Below the pieces are notes generated by a model that worked only from the letters and a program-made list of their open reading frames with translations, ran no database searches and was not told the DNA's origin. From positions 163 through 64,162 of the forward strand of contig JAFSKJ010000097.1 of NCBI GenBank assembly GCA_017449025.1: 64,000 nucleotides of DNA, in the 5' to 3' direction. Shown here piece by piece: positions 1-8,347 of this stretch. Both the position numbers and the translations under genes were made by a program. This DNA is from Prevotella sp. (GTDB taxonomy: Bacteria > Bacteroidota > Bacteroidia > Bacteroidales > Bacteroidaceae). Each line of letters opens with the position of its first letter. Within the stretch, counting starts at the first letter, position 1.

Positions 1-34
1 GACTGAGTTACAAGGAACTTCGACTTGTGTAAAG

Positions 35-72
35 AAAAAAAAAGGAGCCCTCGCCCTAAGGCGGGGGACTCC
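35..72 (-). terminator. Rho-independent terminator
   Basis: Hairpin GGAGCCCTCGCC-ctaa-GGCGGGGGACTCC next to an A9 run (U-tract on minus strand), just downstream of the 115..1320 gene. Confidence 0.75.
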
Positions 73-114
73 GGAAATGAATAGTTGATTTAGTAAGTTG
101 TTATGGTGTGTGGT

Positions 115-1320
115 TTAGAATACCACCTTCTTGCCGTTTACAACGTAGATACCCTTGTTGACAGAGTTCACGCGGCGACCCTGCAGGTCGAAGATCTCGC
201 CGGTAGCCTCATCGGCCTTCACGCTCTTGATGCCAACAGATGTCGGGTCGACGTAAGGTATGGTCATGACATCTTCTGCAAAGTCGTTTTCGGTGACTGC
301 TTCTTCGTCGATTTCAAATGTGGCATCCTTGAAGTAGTAAACCACGTCTTGGCTAACCGACAGGTTGAATGTTACAGTATGGAAATCTCCACTTGCGGTG
401 AATTTGCCTTCATAGTCCTTATACTCCGTTGTGCAGTTGAGGCCGGGAGCTGAGGTGTTTCCGCAGTATTCGCCTGGCTCGTTATGAATCTGAGGACTTC
501 CTGTGCTTACCTCCGCAGTAGCCTTATACTTGAACTTCAAGATACACTTGGTGCCCGACTTGATCTTCTGTGGAGAACGAACAAAGAACTGAGTATCCCA
601 GTCGTTAGCAACCTTGGCAACACTGTTTACAGGAACTTCACCGTTGACAAACTCAGCGTAACCTATTTCACCACTGTATTGGGGATCGCCACAGGTGTAT
701 TCCTTCTTGTAGTAGCACTTCTCATTACCTTTGATGATGTCAGTCCAGTTGGGTTCAGCAATAGGAGTGTCGGGAGCGACCTCGATAACCTCAACTTTTT
801 GGATGTAAACGGTACCAATGAACTTACCGCACTGGAAAAGCACGTGGCCATCGTTCGAGCTTGCCACTCCTGCTGTTACCGACGCACACGTGGCGGTGTA
901 TTCAACAAAGTCTGTGGAAGCTGTGAATTCCAATCCAATATTCTCAGAGCCACCCCATGTTCCCATGCTCAGGTTGGCACTACCGTTGGCACTGGCCTTC
1001 ATCGTAATCTTCACTTTATAGTCGTAGCCCTCCTGAAGGTTGAGCTAGTCGATGATGAATGGCTGGAGATCCCAATTGTTTGTCTGCTCTTGAGTATTGT
1101 CAATCACAAGTGCACCGTCAACAATCTGTACAGTAGCAGTTCCGCCACAGAAATACGGCTGGGCAGGCTCGTCGTTTTCTCTGTCGCCCATCCACCAGTA
1201 GGGATAAGAATCGGTGGTGGTATAGTCACGCACACTGATGGAGGTTTCCTCTCCTGCATTTACAACGCCTGCCAAGCACAACAGCACGAGCGTCAAAAAC
1301 ATTTTAGTAAAGGTTTTCAT
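115..1320 (-). pseudogene. Secreted T9SS-tailed protein with CBM4/9-like jelly-roll modules, interrupted by one in-frame TAG at 1045-1047
   Basis: ORFs 1045..1320 (signal peptide MKTFTKMFLTLVLLCLAGVVNA) and 115..1014 are in the same frame and read ...LQPFIID*LNLQEGYDYKVKITMK...; C-terminus FDLQGRRVNSVNKGIYVVNGKKVVF; W-x-x-Q-F(F) motifs resemble CBM4-like modules. Confidence 0.7.
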
Positions 1321-1423
1321 AATGAATTGGTTTTTTATTAAATAATGAATAGTTGATAGTTTACTTTTTACTTTACATTATTGTTATGACGCGTGCCTAC
1401 TGACTATATATAGCTAACGTCGG

Positions 1424-1491
1424 TGCAAAGGTATGCGAAAACCGTAAAAACAGTTTTCCCATTTGTTTCAAAGGCTTTCACATTTGTGTTA
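1424..1491 (-). promoter_or_regulatory. Bacteroidota sigmaA -7 box with an upstream HTCS-type direct-repeat operator
   Basis: TACCTTTG (1433-1426); half-sites TAACACAAA (1491-1483) and TGAAACAAA (1470-1462), 21 bp apart. Confidence 0.65.
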
Positions 1492-1716
1492 TTGTGTCAT
1501 TTTCCTTTGTTTTTTGATAATTTGCAGAAGATTTTGGCTTTGCTGTTCAGCCTGCAAAGGTAACAAATAGTCTCCATCCAACCTACGATGAGGGTGGTGA
1601 TAGCGGAATCGTGAGTTACGAATGTGCTGGAGATGAACTGATTGTCCATTGCGCTCTCCCTTTGGGGTGAGTCGGAGGGGGCTTTCCTTCGCACGCGTAC
1701 GGAAAAGAGAAAAACC

Positions 1717-1925
1717 ACTGACACCTCTCCTCTGACACGTAAACTTTTTTCATGAAAACGGCGTCAAAACATAGAGGCCTAAACCGTAGAGTTGCACTCT
1801 ACGGAGCTAAAGTGGCACCTTTTTGAAATTAAGTGGCACTTTACGGTCGTAAAGTGCCACTCCTCAACAGCCGTGTTTTACGCCAATTTTTTGTGTAAAA
1901 TCTTTTATGTGTCAGAGGTGTCAGT
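1717..1925. repeat. MITE-like element with ACTGACACCTCT(-)GACAC terminal inverted repeats enclosing four 21-bp-period palindromes
   Basis: Left end actgacacctctcctctgacac, right end gtgtcagaggtgtcagt; TAAAGTG(G/C)CACTTTA-like units start at 1787, 1808, 1829 and 1850. Confidence 0.6.
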
Positions 1926-2034
1926 AAAAAAGTGTCCAAGCAAGCTTGATGGCTCTCGCTGCTCCGTCCGTTCTGGTTCCTGTCAGTAATGGAATAAGAT
2001 ATATGACTTATTGATAAAAGCCACAGAGCGAGGG

Positions 2035-5000
2035 TTAATCGTCGTTGGCGTCGGGCAGGTCTCCGTATTCCGACGGTGCCACTCCGAAGTGCTTGCGGAA
2101 GATGGTGGAGAAGTGTGCGAGGTTTGAGAAGCCCACAGTGTATGCAACCTGCGTGACGTTTATCTTCTGCTCCTTAAGCAGGCGAGCGGCCTGTTCGAGA
2201 CGTATGTTGCGTATGAACTCGCTGGTTGACAGTCCGGTCATCTCTTTCATCTTGCGATGCAGTTGCGCGCGGCTGATGCCAACCTCCTGTGTCAGCATCT
2301 CCACGTTGAAGTCGCTGTCGGAGAGGTTTTTGTTAACAGCCTTCATGATGCGCTCCATCAGTTGCTCGTCGTTGCCCTTCACCTCCGGCTGTTCCAGCTT
2401 GTCGGCCTGCTGCTGCGCTCCTGTGAACTTGCCTTTGAGGCGCTGGCGCGACTGTATCAGGTTGTCGATGGTGAGGTGAAGCTCCTCCATGTCGAAGGGC
2501 TTGGCCAGGAATGCGTCGGCACCGCGCTCCAGGCCTTCGAGGCGGTTGCCCACGTCGGCCATTGAGGTGAGCATGATTACGGGTATGTGGGCTATGTTGA
2601 GGTTGGTCTTGATCATGCGGAGCATGGTGAATCCGTCCATCTCAGGCATCATCACGTCGGAGACCACGGCGGCGTAGTCGCTGCCAGTGAGCAGCTCCTT
2701 GAGGCCCTCCTTGCCGTTTTCGCAGATGTGGAACTTGTAGTAGTGTGAGAGTTCGGTGGAGATGAAACGCGCTAATTCTACGTCGTCGTCGACGATGAGC
2801 ACGCGGTGGCGCATTGAGCTTCCTCCCTTTGCAGGGGCAGCGGCCACAGTGGCAGTGGTGGTGGCGGCAGCGGCTGTTTCCGGCAGCTCCATCTCTTCGG
2901 GCTTCAGGTGTGCATTGCCTAAGGGCATGCGTACGGTGAACACTGAGCCTTTTATGCCGTCGGTGCGGTTGGTGGCCGTGATGGTGCCGTGGTGCATGTC
3001 GACAATCATCTTGCAGAGGTTGAGGCCTATGCCCGTGCTGTTGATGTTGAGGTGGCGGGCGTTGCGGCCCTGGTAGAAGCGGTCGAAGATGTGCTTCATG
3101 GTTTCTGTGTCGAGGCCTATGCCATTGTCAGTGACGGTGATGGCGAATGTCTCTGTGACATTCTTGCGTTGCGCATCCTGTTGCTCTCTGAAGAGCCTGA
3201 CCACCACCTCGCCGCCGTCTTCGCGGTTGTATTTGAAGGCGTTTGAGAGCAAGTTGGAGACAACCTTGTCGAACTGGTTGCGGTCAACCCAGGCTTCAAG
3301 CTGCTCAATGCCGTCGTGCTCGTAACGGAAGCTGATGTTGTTTTCCTTGGCATTGAACTCATACATCTTGCAGAGTCCCTTGACAAAGGCCACCATCTCA
3401 GTAGGCTGGCAGTGCAGCTGCATCTGCTGCTTGTCAATCTTCCTTACGTCGAGAATCTGGTTCACGAGGTTGAGAATGCGCTGTGAGTTGCGTTCTATGG
3501 TGTCGGCAGCGGGGCTTTTCTCTATTTTCTTCAGTGCTCCGAGGATGAGCGTCAGCGGTGAGCGTATGTCGTGAGTGGCATTGATGAGGAATTTCATTTT
3601 CTCCTCGTTCAGCTGCCTGTTTGTACGTCGGCGGTAAGTGTACAGCAAGTAGGCTCCCAAGGCGGCGAGCAGGAGCAGGTAGATGAAGTAGGCGGTGAGC
3701 GAGCGATACCAGGGTGCGCGTACAGTGACGTTGAAGACCCTCACCTGCGTGTACTCGTTGCGCTGATGTGCCCGCACTTCAATGCGGTAGGTGCCAGGCT
3801 GCAGGTGTCCCAGTGTGAAATCGTTCTTTCCTGCCGGATTGCTCACCCACGGCCCTCCGTTCACGCGGTATTCAAAGATGATGTTGCTGGATCTGCTGAA
3901 GTCGAACTGCGAGAAGACCATCGTCACCGTGTGGTCGAGATAGCTCAGTGTGAAATAGTTGCTCTCGTTGACGCTTCGGTCGGTAACCTCTACACCGTTG
4001 ATTCTGGTGCCGGCCTTGACAAACATGTCGCCTACTTGGAAAGCCGTCAGGACTATGGGAGACAGTTCTGTCTGGCTCACGGTCATCTTGTCTGGCGAGA
4101 AGACGGTGAAGCCGTCGTTGTTTCCGAAGTATATGAGGTTGTCGTCGGTGTGCATGCCAACGCCGTAGATGTATTCTTTCTGTATGAGGCCGTTGCCGCT
4201 GATGTGTCCTATGAAGGTGTGGGTGTCAAGGGCGTACTGCCAGATGCCCATTGATGTGGAGCACCAGATGTTGCCGTCGTTCGACTGCACGACATAGCAG
4301 ATGGCCTTGTTTTTCAGCTTCTCGCCGCCGGGGAACGGCTCCGGGGAGTGCTTGGCGGGGTCGTAGAGGTATAGTCCGCTCTCGGTGGCAATGGCTATGC
4401 AGCCGTTGAGCTTGCGCCCGTCGGGCAGCTGTCCGCTGTGCAGCTCGCACACGTCGAAGCACACTGTTCCGCTGAGTATGGATTCCCATCCCTGCGAGCG
4501 GAAGCTTTGGGTCTTTGGCTCATAGCATGCCACTCCCGACGAGGTGGCCATCCAGATGCGCCCCTTGCTGTCGGAAGACATACCCATTATCCAGTTGTTG
4601 CACAAACGTCCGTTGATGGTGTCGGTGTCGTCGAAGCTATGATTGCGGAGCAGTCCCGTCTGGGGGTTGTAGATGCAGAAGCCGCGTGAGAAAGTGGAGA
4701 TATAGATGTTTCCGTCGGCATCGCTGGTCATGTCGTTGAACTTGTCGCAGTCGAACTTGACGTGAAGCTTCGATTGCCCCGTCGTGGGGTCGTAGGCATA
4801 GAGACCGTCGTCGGAGCCGAGCCAGAAGCGGCGCAGCTTGTCGCGGAAGATGAACTCCACGGCATCGGGGGCCGACGGACGTGCCACTATGCGTCCCTGG
4901 CTGTTGAAGCCGAAGACGCCAACGCCCTGCACCGTACACCACACTATGCCGTTGTCGCCTTCGCATACCGACGACACTGTAGACCCGAGGCGTATGCCTT

Positions 5001-5991
5001 GCGACTCGAAGCTCCACGAATGGAATGCTGACTGGTTCTGGTGGACGAGGAGCAGACCCTTGTGGTGGCAGCCTATCCACAGGTTGCCGTTGCGGTCGAA
5101 CATGACGGCGCTAACCTTTGCCGTTTTCTCGTTGATGCCGATGGCATCGACATCAACGGGCTCCAAGCGTCTTGGGCGTGAGGAGGAAATGCGATAGATG
5201 CCTTTTCCGCGCGTACCTATATATATATTACCCTCGCTGTCTGTGGTGCTGTTAGAGAAAATCACGTCCTTGCCCTCCACTACGCTCATGTCGACGTCTG
5301 CCACTGCCATGTGGCCGTTGCGGTAGGCCATGATGCCGTGCTGGCAGATGATGAGCATGCCGTCGTCGAGTTCCTCAAATCCCTGTGGGTTTCCCATCTC
5401 GGAGTTGAAGTCCTCTATCTTAGTACCGTTGCGCATGGAGATGACATTGTCGAAGCCGCTTCGCCAGAGGCGACCACGGGAATCCTCGAATAACCGGCTG
5501 AAGTAATGACCGGATGACTCTACGGAGAACTGCTTCAGCTCGGAACCCTTGTCCACGCAATATGCGCCGTATCCGGCAGTGCCCACAAGAATGGTGCCGT
5601 CCTTGCGCTGCAGGATGCTCGACACACGTGGTGTGAGATTGTTGGGGAAGCGGTAGTGAATGAACGTTTCCGTGGAGCTGTCGAAACGGTCGAGGCCACG
5701 GTTGGTACCCACCCAAAGCTGGCCCTTGTCATCGCACAGCAGGCTCACAATGGCATTGGTCTGTATTGACGTTGTGTCGGCCTCGTCGTGGAGGAATGAC
5801 TGGAAATTGTAGCCGTCGAAGCGGTTAAGGCCATAGTCGGTGCCCACCCATACGGAGCCGAGCTTGTCCTGGCATAGGCTGGATATAAGACTGTTTGAAA
5901 AACGTTCGGCAGGAAAGAACAGTCCCGTCTGTGCAACAGCTGTAACGGCAATAAAAAACAGGTATAGTATAAGTGTAGTGCTTTTTTTCAT
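2035..5991 (-). CDS. Hybrid two-component system regulator (beta-propeller sensor, Y_Y_Y, TM, HisKA, HATPase, receiver, AraC HTH); HTCS-A
   Basis: GSVWVGTDYGLNRFDG propeller repeats, LQPGTYRIEVRA, THDIRSPLTLI, NLLSNAFKY, SDVMMPEMDG, VAYTVGFSNLAHFSTIFRKHFG. Start moved to ATG 5991 (MKKSTT + signal peptide) because the ORF-track 5' extension overlaps the promoter. Confidence 0.95.
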   Translation of the reverse strand: MKKSTTLILYLFFIAVTAVAQTGLFFPAERFSNSLISSLCQDKLGSVWVGTDYGLNRFDGYNFQSFLHDEADTTSIQTNAIVSLLCDDKGQLWVGTNRGLDRFDSSTETFIHYRFPNNLTPRVSSILQRKDGTILVGTAGYGAYCVDKGSELKQFSVESSGHYFSRLFEDSRGRLWRSGFDNVISMRNGTKIEDFNSEMGNPQGFEELDDGMLIICQHGIMAYRNGHMAVADVDMSVVEGKDVIFSNSTTDSEGNIYIGTRGKGIYRISSSRPRRLEPVDVDAIGINEKTAKVSAVMFDRNGNLWIGCHHKGLLLVHQNQSAFHSWSFESQGIRLGSTVSSVCEGDNGIVWCTVQGVGVFGFNSQGRIVARPSAPDAVEFIFRDKLRRFWLGSDDGLYAYDPTTGQSKLHVKFDCDKFNDMTSDADGNIYISTFSRGFCIYNPQTGLLRNHSFDDTDTINGRLCNNWIMGMSSDSKGRIWMATSSGVACYEPKTQSFRSQGWESILSGTVCFDVCELHSGQLPDGRKLNGCIAIATESGLYLYDPAKHSPEPFPGGEKLKNKAICYVVQSNDGNIWCSTSMGIWQYALDTHTFIGHISGNGLIQKEYIYGVGMHTDDNLIYFGNNDGFTVFSPDKMTVSQTELSPIVLTAFQVGDMFVKAGTRINGVEVTDRSVNESNYFTLSYLDHTVTMVFSQFDFSRSSNIIFEYRVNGGPWVSNPAGKNDFTLGHLQPGTYRIEVRAHQRNEYTQVRVFNVTVRAPWYRSLTAYFIYLLLLAALGAYLLYTYRRRTNRQLNEEKMKFLINATHDIRSPLTLILGALKKIEKSPAADTIERNSQRILNLVNQILDVRKIDKQQMQLHCQPTEMVAFVKGLCKMYEFNAKENNISFRYEHDGIEQLEAWVDRNQFDKVVSNLLSNAFKYNREDGGEVVVRLFREQQDAQRKNVTETFAITVTDNGIGLDTETMKHIFDRFYQGRNARHLNINSTGIGLNLCKMIVDMHHGTITATNRTDGIKGSVFTVRMPLGNAHLKPEEMELPETAAAATTTATVAAAPAKGGSSMRHRVLIVDDDVELARFISTELSHYYKFHICENGKEGLKELLTGSDYAAVVSDVMMPEMDGFTMLRMIKTNLNIAHIPVIMLTSMADVGNRLEGLERGADAFLAKPFDMEELHLTIDNLIQSRQRLKGKFTGAQQQADKLEQPEVKGNDEQLMERIMKAVNKNLSDSDFNVEMLTQEVGISRAQLHRKMKEMTGLSTSEFIRNIRLEQAARLLKEQKINVTQVAYTVGFSNLAHFSTIFRKHFGVAPSEYGDLPDANDD

Positions 5992-6029
5992 AGTTATGGT
6001 TAGTTTTCTTCTTGTTAGTGAGCTTTCGC

Positions 6030-6070
6030 GAATGCAAAGGTACAAATATTTATTGAAAAGTATCAAGAAA
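6030..6070 (-). promoter_or_regulatory. sigmaA promoter of HTCS-A
   Basis: TACCTTTGCA about 45-50 bp upstream of ATG 5991, with a TTG at about the -33 position. Confidence 0.6.
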
Positions 6071-6187
6071 CACGGATTTTTTTTCTTTTTCCTCTTCTTT
6101 TCTGCCACTTCCGATGCGTTTTTCCCGCAATTATGCCTTTTGTCTCTGTTGTTTCCGATGTTTTTCTATTTGTTTCATGGTTCTTGA

Positions 6188-6394
6188 CAAAAACCAGAAA
6201 CGGCCGCCGATATTCACATATGGGCGACCGCTGGGCATTAGTTTTACCATAACTAATAAGCTTTTTGAAAAACAACTACTAACTAAAAAATACTAACTAC
6301 TAACTAAAACTAACTTATGAAAAAAAACTATTATTCTCTATCTTGCTTTTTCAGAACAACTATCCGCCCCCTGACGGTGTTTCTTTCTGATTAC
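6188..6394 (-). ncRNA. Candidate small RNA 1 (~205 nt)
   Basis: Own TACCTTTG box (6406-6399); GC-rich terminator hairpin 6201-6230 with GUGA loop and U-rich tail; U/G-rich middle region; no credible ORF on this strand. Confidence 0.6.
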
Positions 6395-6397
6395 GAT

Positions 6398-6464
6398 GCA
6401 AAGGTACTTCATTTTCTTGATACTGACTATCTCGTTTGTTTCTTTACCTTTATTTTTCGTATTA
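6398..6464 (-). promoter_or_regulatory. sRNA1 promoter with HTCS-type operator
   Basis: TACCTTTG; half-sites TAATACGAA (6464-6456) and AGAAACAAA (6443-6435), at the same offset as in the other promoters. Confidence 0.55.
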
Positions 6465-6480
6465 TCCTGCATTTTTTATG

Positions 6481-6508
6481 AAAAAAGGCTCGAATAATCG
6501 AGCCTTTT
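6481..6508 (-). terminator. Rho-independent terminator of cassette A
   Basis: AAAAAAGGCTCGA-ataa-TCGAGCCTTTT just after the susD stop at 6523. Confidence 0.8.
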
Positions 6509-6522
6509 GAGTGTTTTGCTGC

Positions 6523-8268
6523 TTATTGCAGGGGTAAATACCAGTTTTTCGGTTCAAGCAGGCGGCTGCGGAGCGCGTCGTCTACTGTTCCGTTGCGGCG
6601 GCTGACGGGGTCGGCCAGATAGCTGGCATCGTTGCGGCGTAGAGCCACGCGCATGAGGTCGTAGAAGCGGTAGCCCTCGAAGGCGCCCTCCAAGGCCATC
6701 TCGTTGACAATCATGTCCTCGACCAGCGGAATCTGGTAGGCCACGGTATCGGCACGACTTGCCAGCTGTGTGGCAGGCATGGGAATCTGGTAGAGCGTGT
6801 CGCACTCGGCGCGGCCGCTGCCACGTGAGTGGATGCCCTGGGTGTTCTCTACCGTGAAATTGTCGCCATCGAAACTAATCATGCCGCCGCCGGTGGCACG
6901 CTCGTAATCATCAATCTGCTTGCTTATAATGTCAGCATAGAGACCGTACTTCAGTATGGCAAAGGCGGCCTGCGGGAATCCGGCACGGTTGAGGGCCTCG
7001 GCATAGCGCAGGTATACCATGTTGATGCGGTAGAGCGTCACGCCGTTGCGGTTTAACTTGTCGATGCTCTGGATTTCATTGGAGGTACGTGCGTAGCGTT
7101 CCTTGTTCGACACGCGGTTGGAGAAGGAGGTGCCAAAGCGGAGGTCGCCCGCATATTCGCTGTTATCCAGGTTCTCCTTGGGAGCATAGATGGTGTCCTG
7201 AGAACCGTCGGCCTTGGTGTAGGTGCCACAATAGTCGGATGCCGCCGACAGCTCACGCATGCGCTTAGTGGGCGTGGCCTGGGCAAACTGCTGGTTGATG
7301 CTTGTGGAGTTGAAAATGTTGGTAAGTTCGCTCTTGATGCCGTAGAAGCCGTTGCTCTCCATGGGGATGTAGCAGAGGCACTCGCTGCTCTGGCTGCCAT
7401 AGGAGAGAGAACTGCGGGTAGAGCGGAACTCCTTGGTGTTGATGTCGGCCCAAGTAGCGCTCGAACGGCCTGTCGGCAGGGGTGCCGTACGCAGCGAGAG
7501 GTAGTCGTGATAGTACTGGGCAGCCTCGGTGTAGCGTCCGGCCCACAGGCAGAGGTCGCCTAACAAGGCTCTCACGGGAATGAAGAACTTCTGGGAGTTC
7601 TGCTCGTTAATCTGTCCGTAGACGGGCAACTTGGTGTCGACGTAGGGTTTGATGTCGTCGATGAAATAGTTGCATATTTCGTTAATGCCGACAAAGCCCT
7701 GATTCATGGCATTCTGTGCATCTCCCTCAGTAAGCAGCGGCTCTGTGACTAAAGGAACATTGCCGTAGACCTGGGCCACTTGCAGGTAGGTCCATGCGCG
7801 GAAAGCCTTGACAACGGCATACTCAGCCTCGAACACCTTGCGGTCGTTCTTCACCAAGTCCTTGTTGACGTTCTTCAGGTAGTAGTTGCAGTTGTTGATG
7901 ACTGCGTAGTAGTCGCTGATGCGGTTATAGGCATTCTCGGTGTCCACGGTGAAGTTTGTGATGGCCTTCAGATCCTTACTGGCCGAAGCCGTGGTGGTGG
8001 TAAGGTCGCTACGCAACTCACCGAGCAGCACGGTGCGGTCGGCAATGGCCTGCAGCTTGTAGATGATGCCCATGACGCTGTAGACACTGTCGGTAGGTTC
8101 CTGCAAGCGGTTGTCCTCCAGGTTCTCCACCAGCTCGGAGTCGGTGTCCATGAGGTCGGAGCAGGAGGAGAAAGCCCACCCAAGCCCTCCCAAAGGGAGG
8201 AATGTCAATATGCCAGCAAGCCCCAAAATATGCGAAGTAATCCTTTGTTTTAATGTTTGCTTTTCCAT
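6523..8268 (-). CDS. susD: SusD/RagB family lipoprotein (cassette A, second pair)
   Basis: Lipobox FSSCSD; YYAVINNCNYYL, RAWTYL..YGNVPL, YLRYAEALN, EMALEGAFEGYRFYDLMR; lies downstream of a SusC gene. Confidence 0.93.
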   Translation of the reverse strand: MEKQTLKQRITSHILGLAGILTFLPLGGLGWAFSSCSDLMDTDSELVENLEDNRLQEPTDSVYSVMGIIYKLQAIADRTVLLGELRSDLTTTTASASKDLKAITNFTVDTENAYNRISDYYAVINNCNYYLKNVNKDLVKNDRKVFEAEYAVVKAFRAWTYLQVAQVYGNVPLVTEPLLTEGDAQNAMNQGFVGINEICNYFIDDIKPYVDTKLPVYGQINEQNSQKFFIPVRALLGDLCLWAGRYTEAAQYYHDYLSLRTAPLPTGRSSATWADINTKEFRSTRSSLSYGSQSSECLCYIPMESNGFYGIKSELTNIFNSTSINQQFAQATPTKRMRELSAASDYCGTYTKADGSQDTIYAPKENLDNSEYAGDLRFGTSFSNRVSNKERYARTSNEIQSIDKLNRNGVTLYRINMVYLRYAEALNRAGFPQAAFAILKYGLYADIISKQIDDYERATGGGMISFDGDNFTVENTQGIHSRGSGRAECDTLYQIPMPATQLASRADTVAYQIPLVEDMIVNEMALEGAFEGYRFYDLMRVALRRNDASYLADPVSRRNGTVDDALRSRLLEPKNWYLPLQ

Positions 8269-8347
8269 ATCCTTTTTATTGTTTATATATTAATCTTTAA
8301 TATCTATCCCACATCCCTCCCATTGGGAGGGCTTGGGTAGGCTTTTA
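8155..8347 (-). repeat. 193-bp susC-susD junction/signal-peptide module with ~29-bp terminal inverted arms; inverted copy at 51815-52007
   Basis: 176/193 identical to 51815-52007 with no gaps (counted by hand); arms AAGCCTACCCAAGCCCTCCCAA(T/A)GGGAGG and CCTCCCT(T/C)TGGGAGGGCTTGGGT. Confidence 0.9.

Noticed and set aside
1540-1690. Extra TACCTTTG box at ~1562-1555 and short ORF 1497..1724
   Set aside because: No operator, terminator or coding signal; the ORF runs through repeat DNA
1787-1864. Possible CRISPR array (also 54030-54086)
   Set aside because: Period is 21 bp with 6-bp linkers, there are no unique spacers and no cas genes
5992-6108. ORF-track N-terminal extensions (HTCS-A; also 23901-24005 of CotH)
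   Set aside because: They overlap promoter boxes; downstream ATGs give proper signal peptides
6317-6500. Plus-strand small ORF starting ATGAAAAAAAAC after a good-looking initiation region
   Set aside because: No plus-strand promoter; it runs through the minus-strand promoter/operator; better explained as the complement of an anti-initiation sRNA
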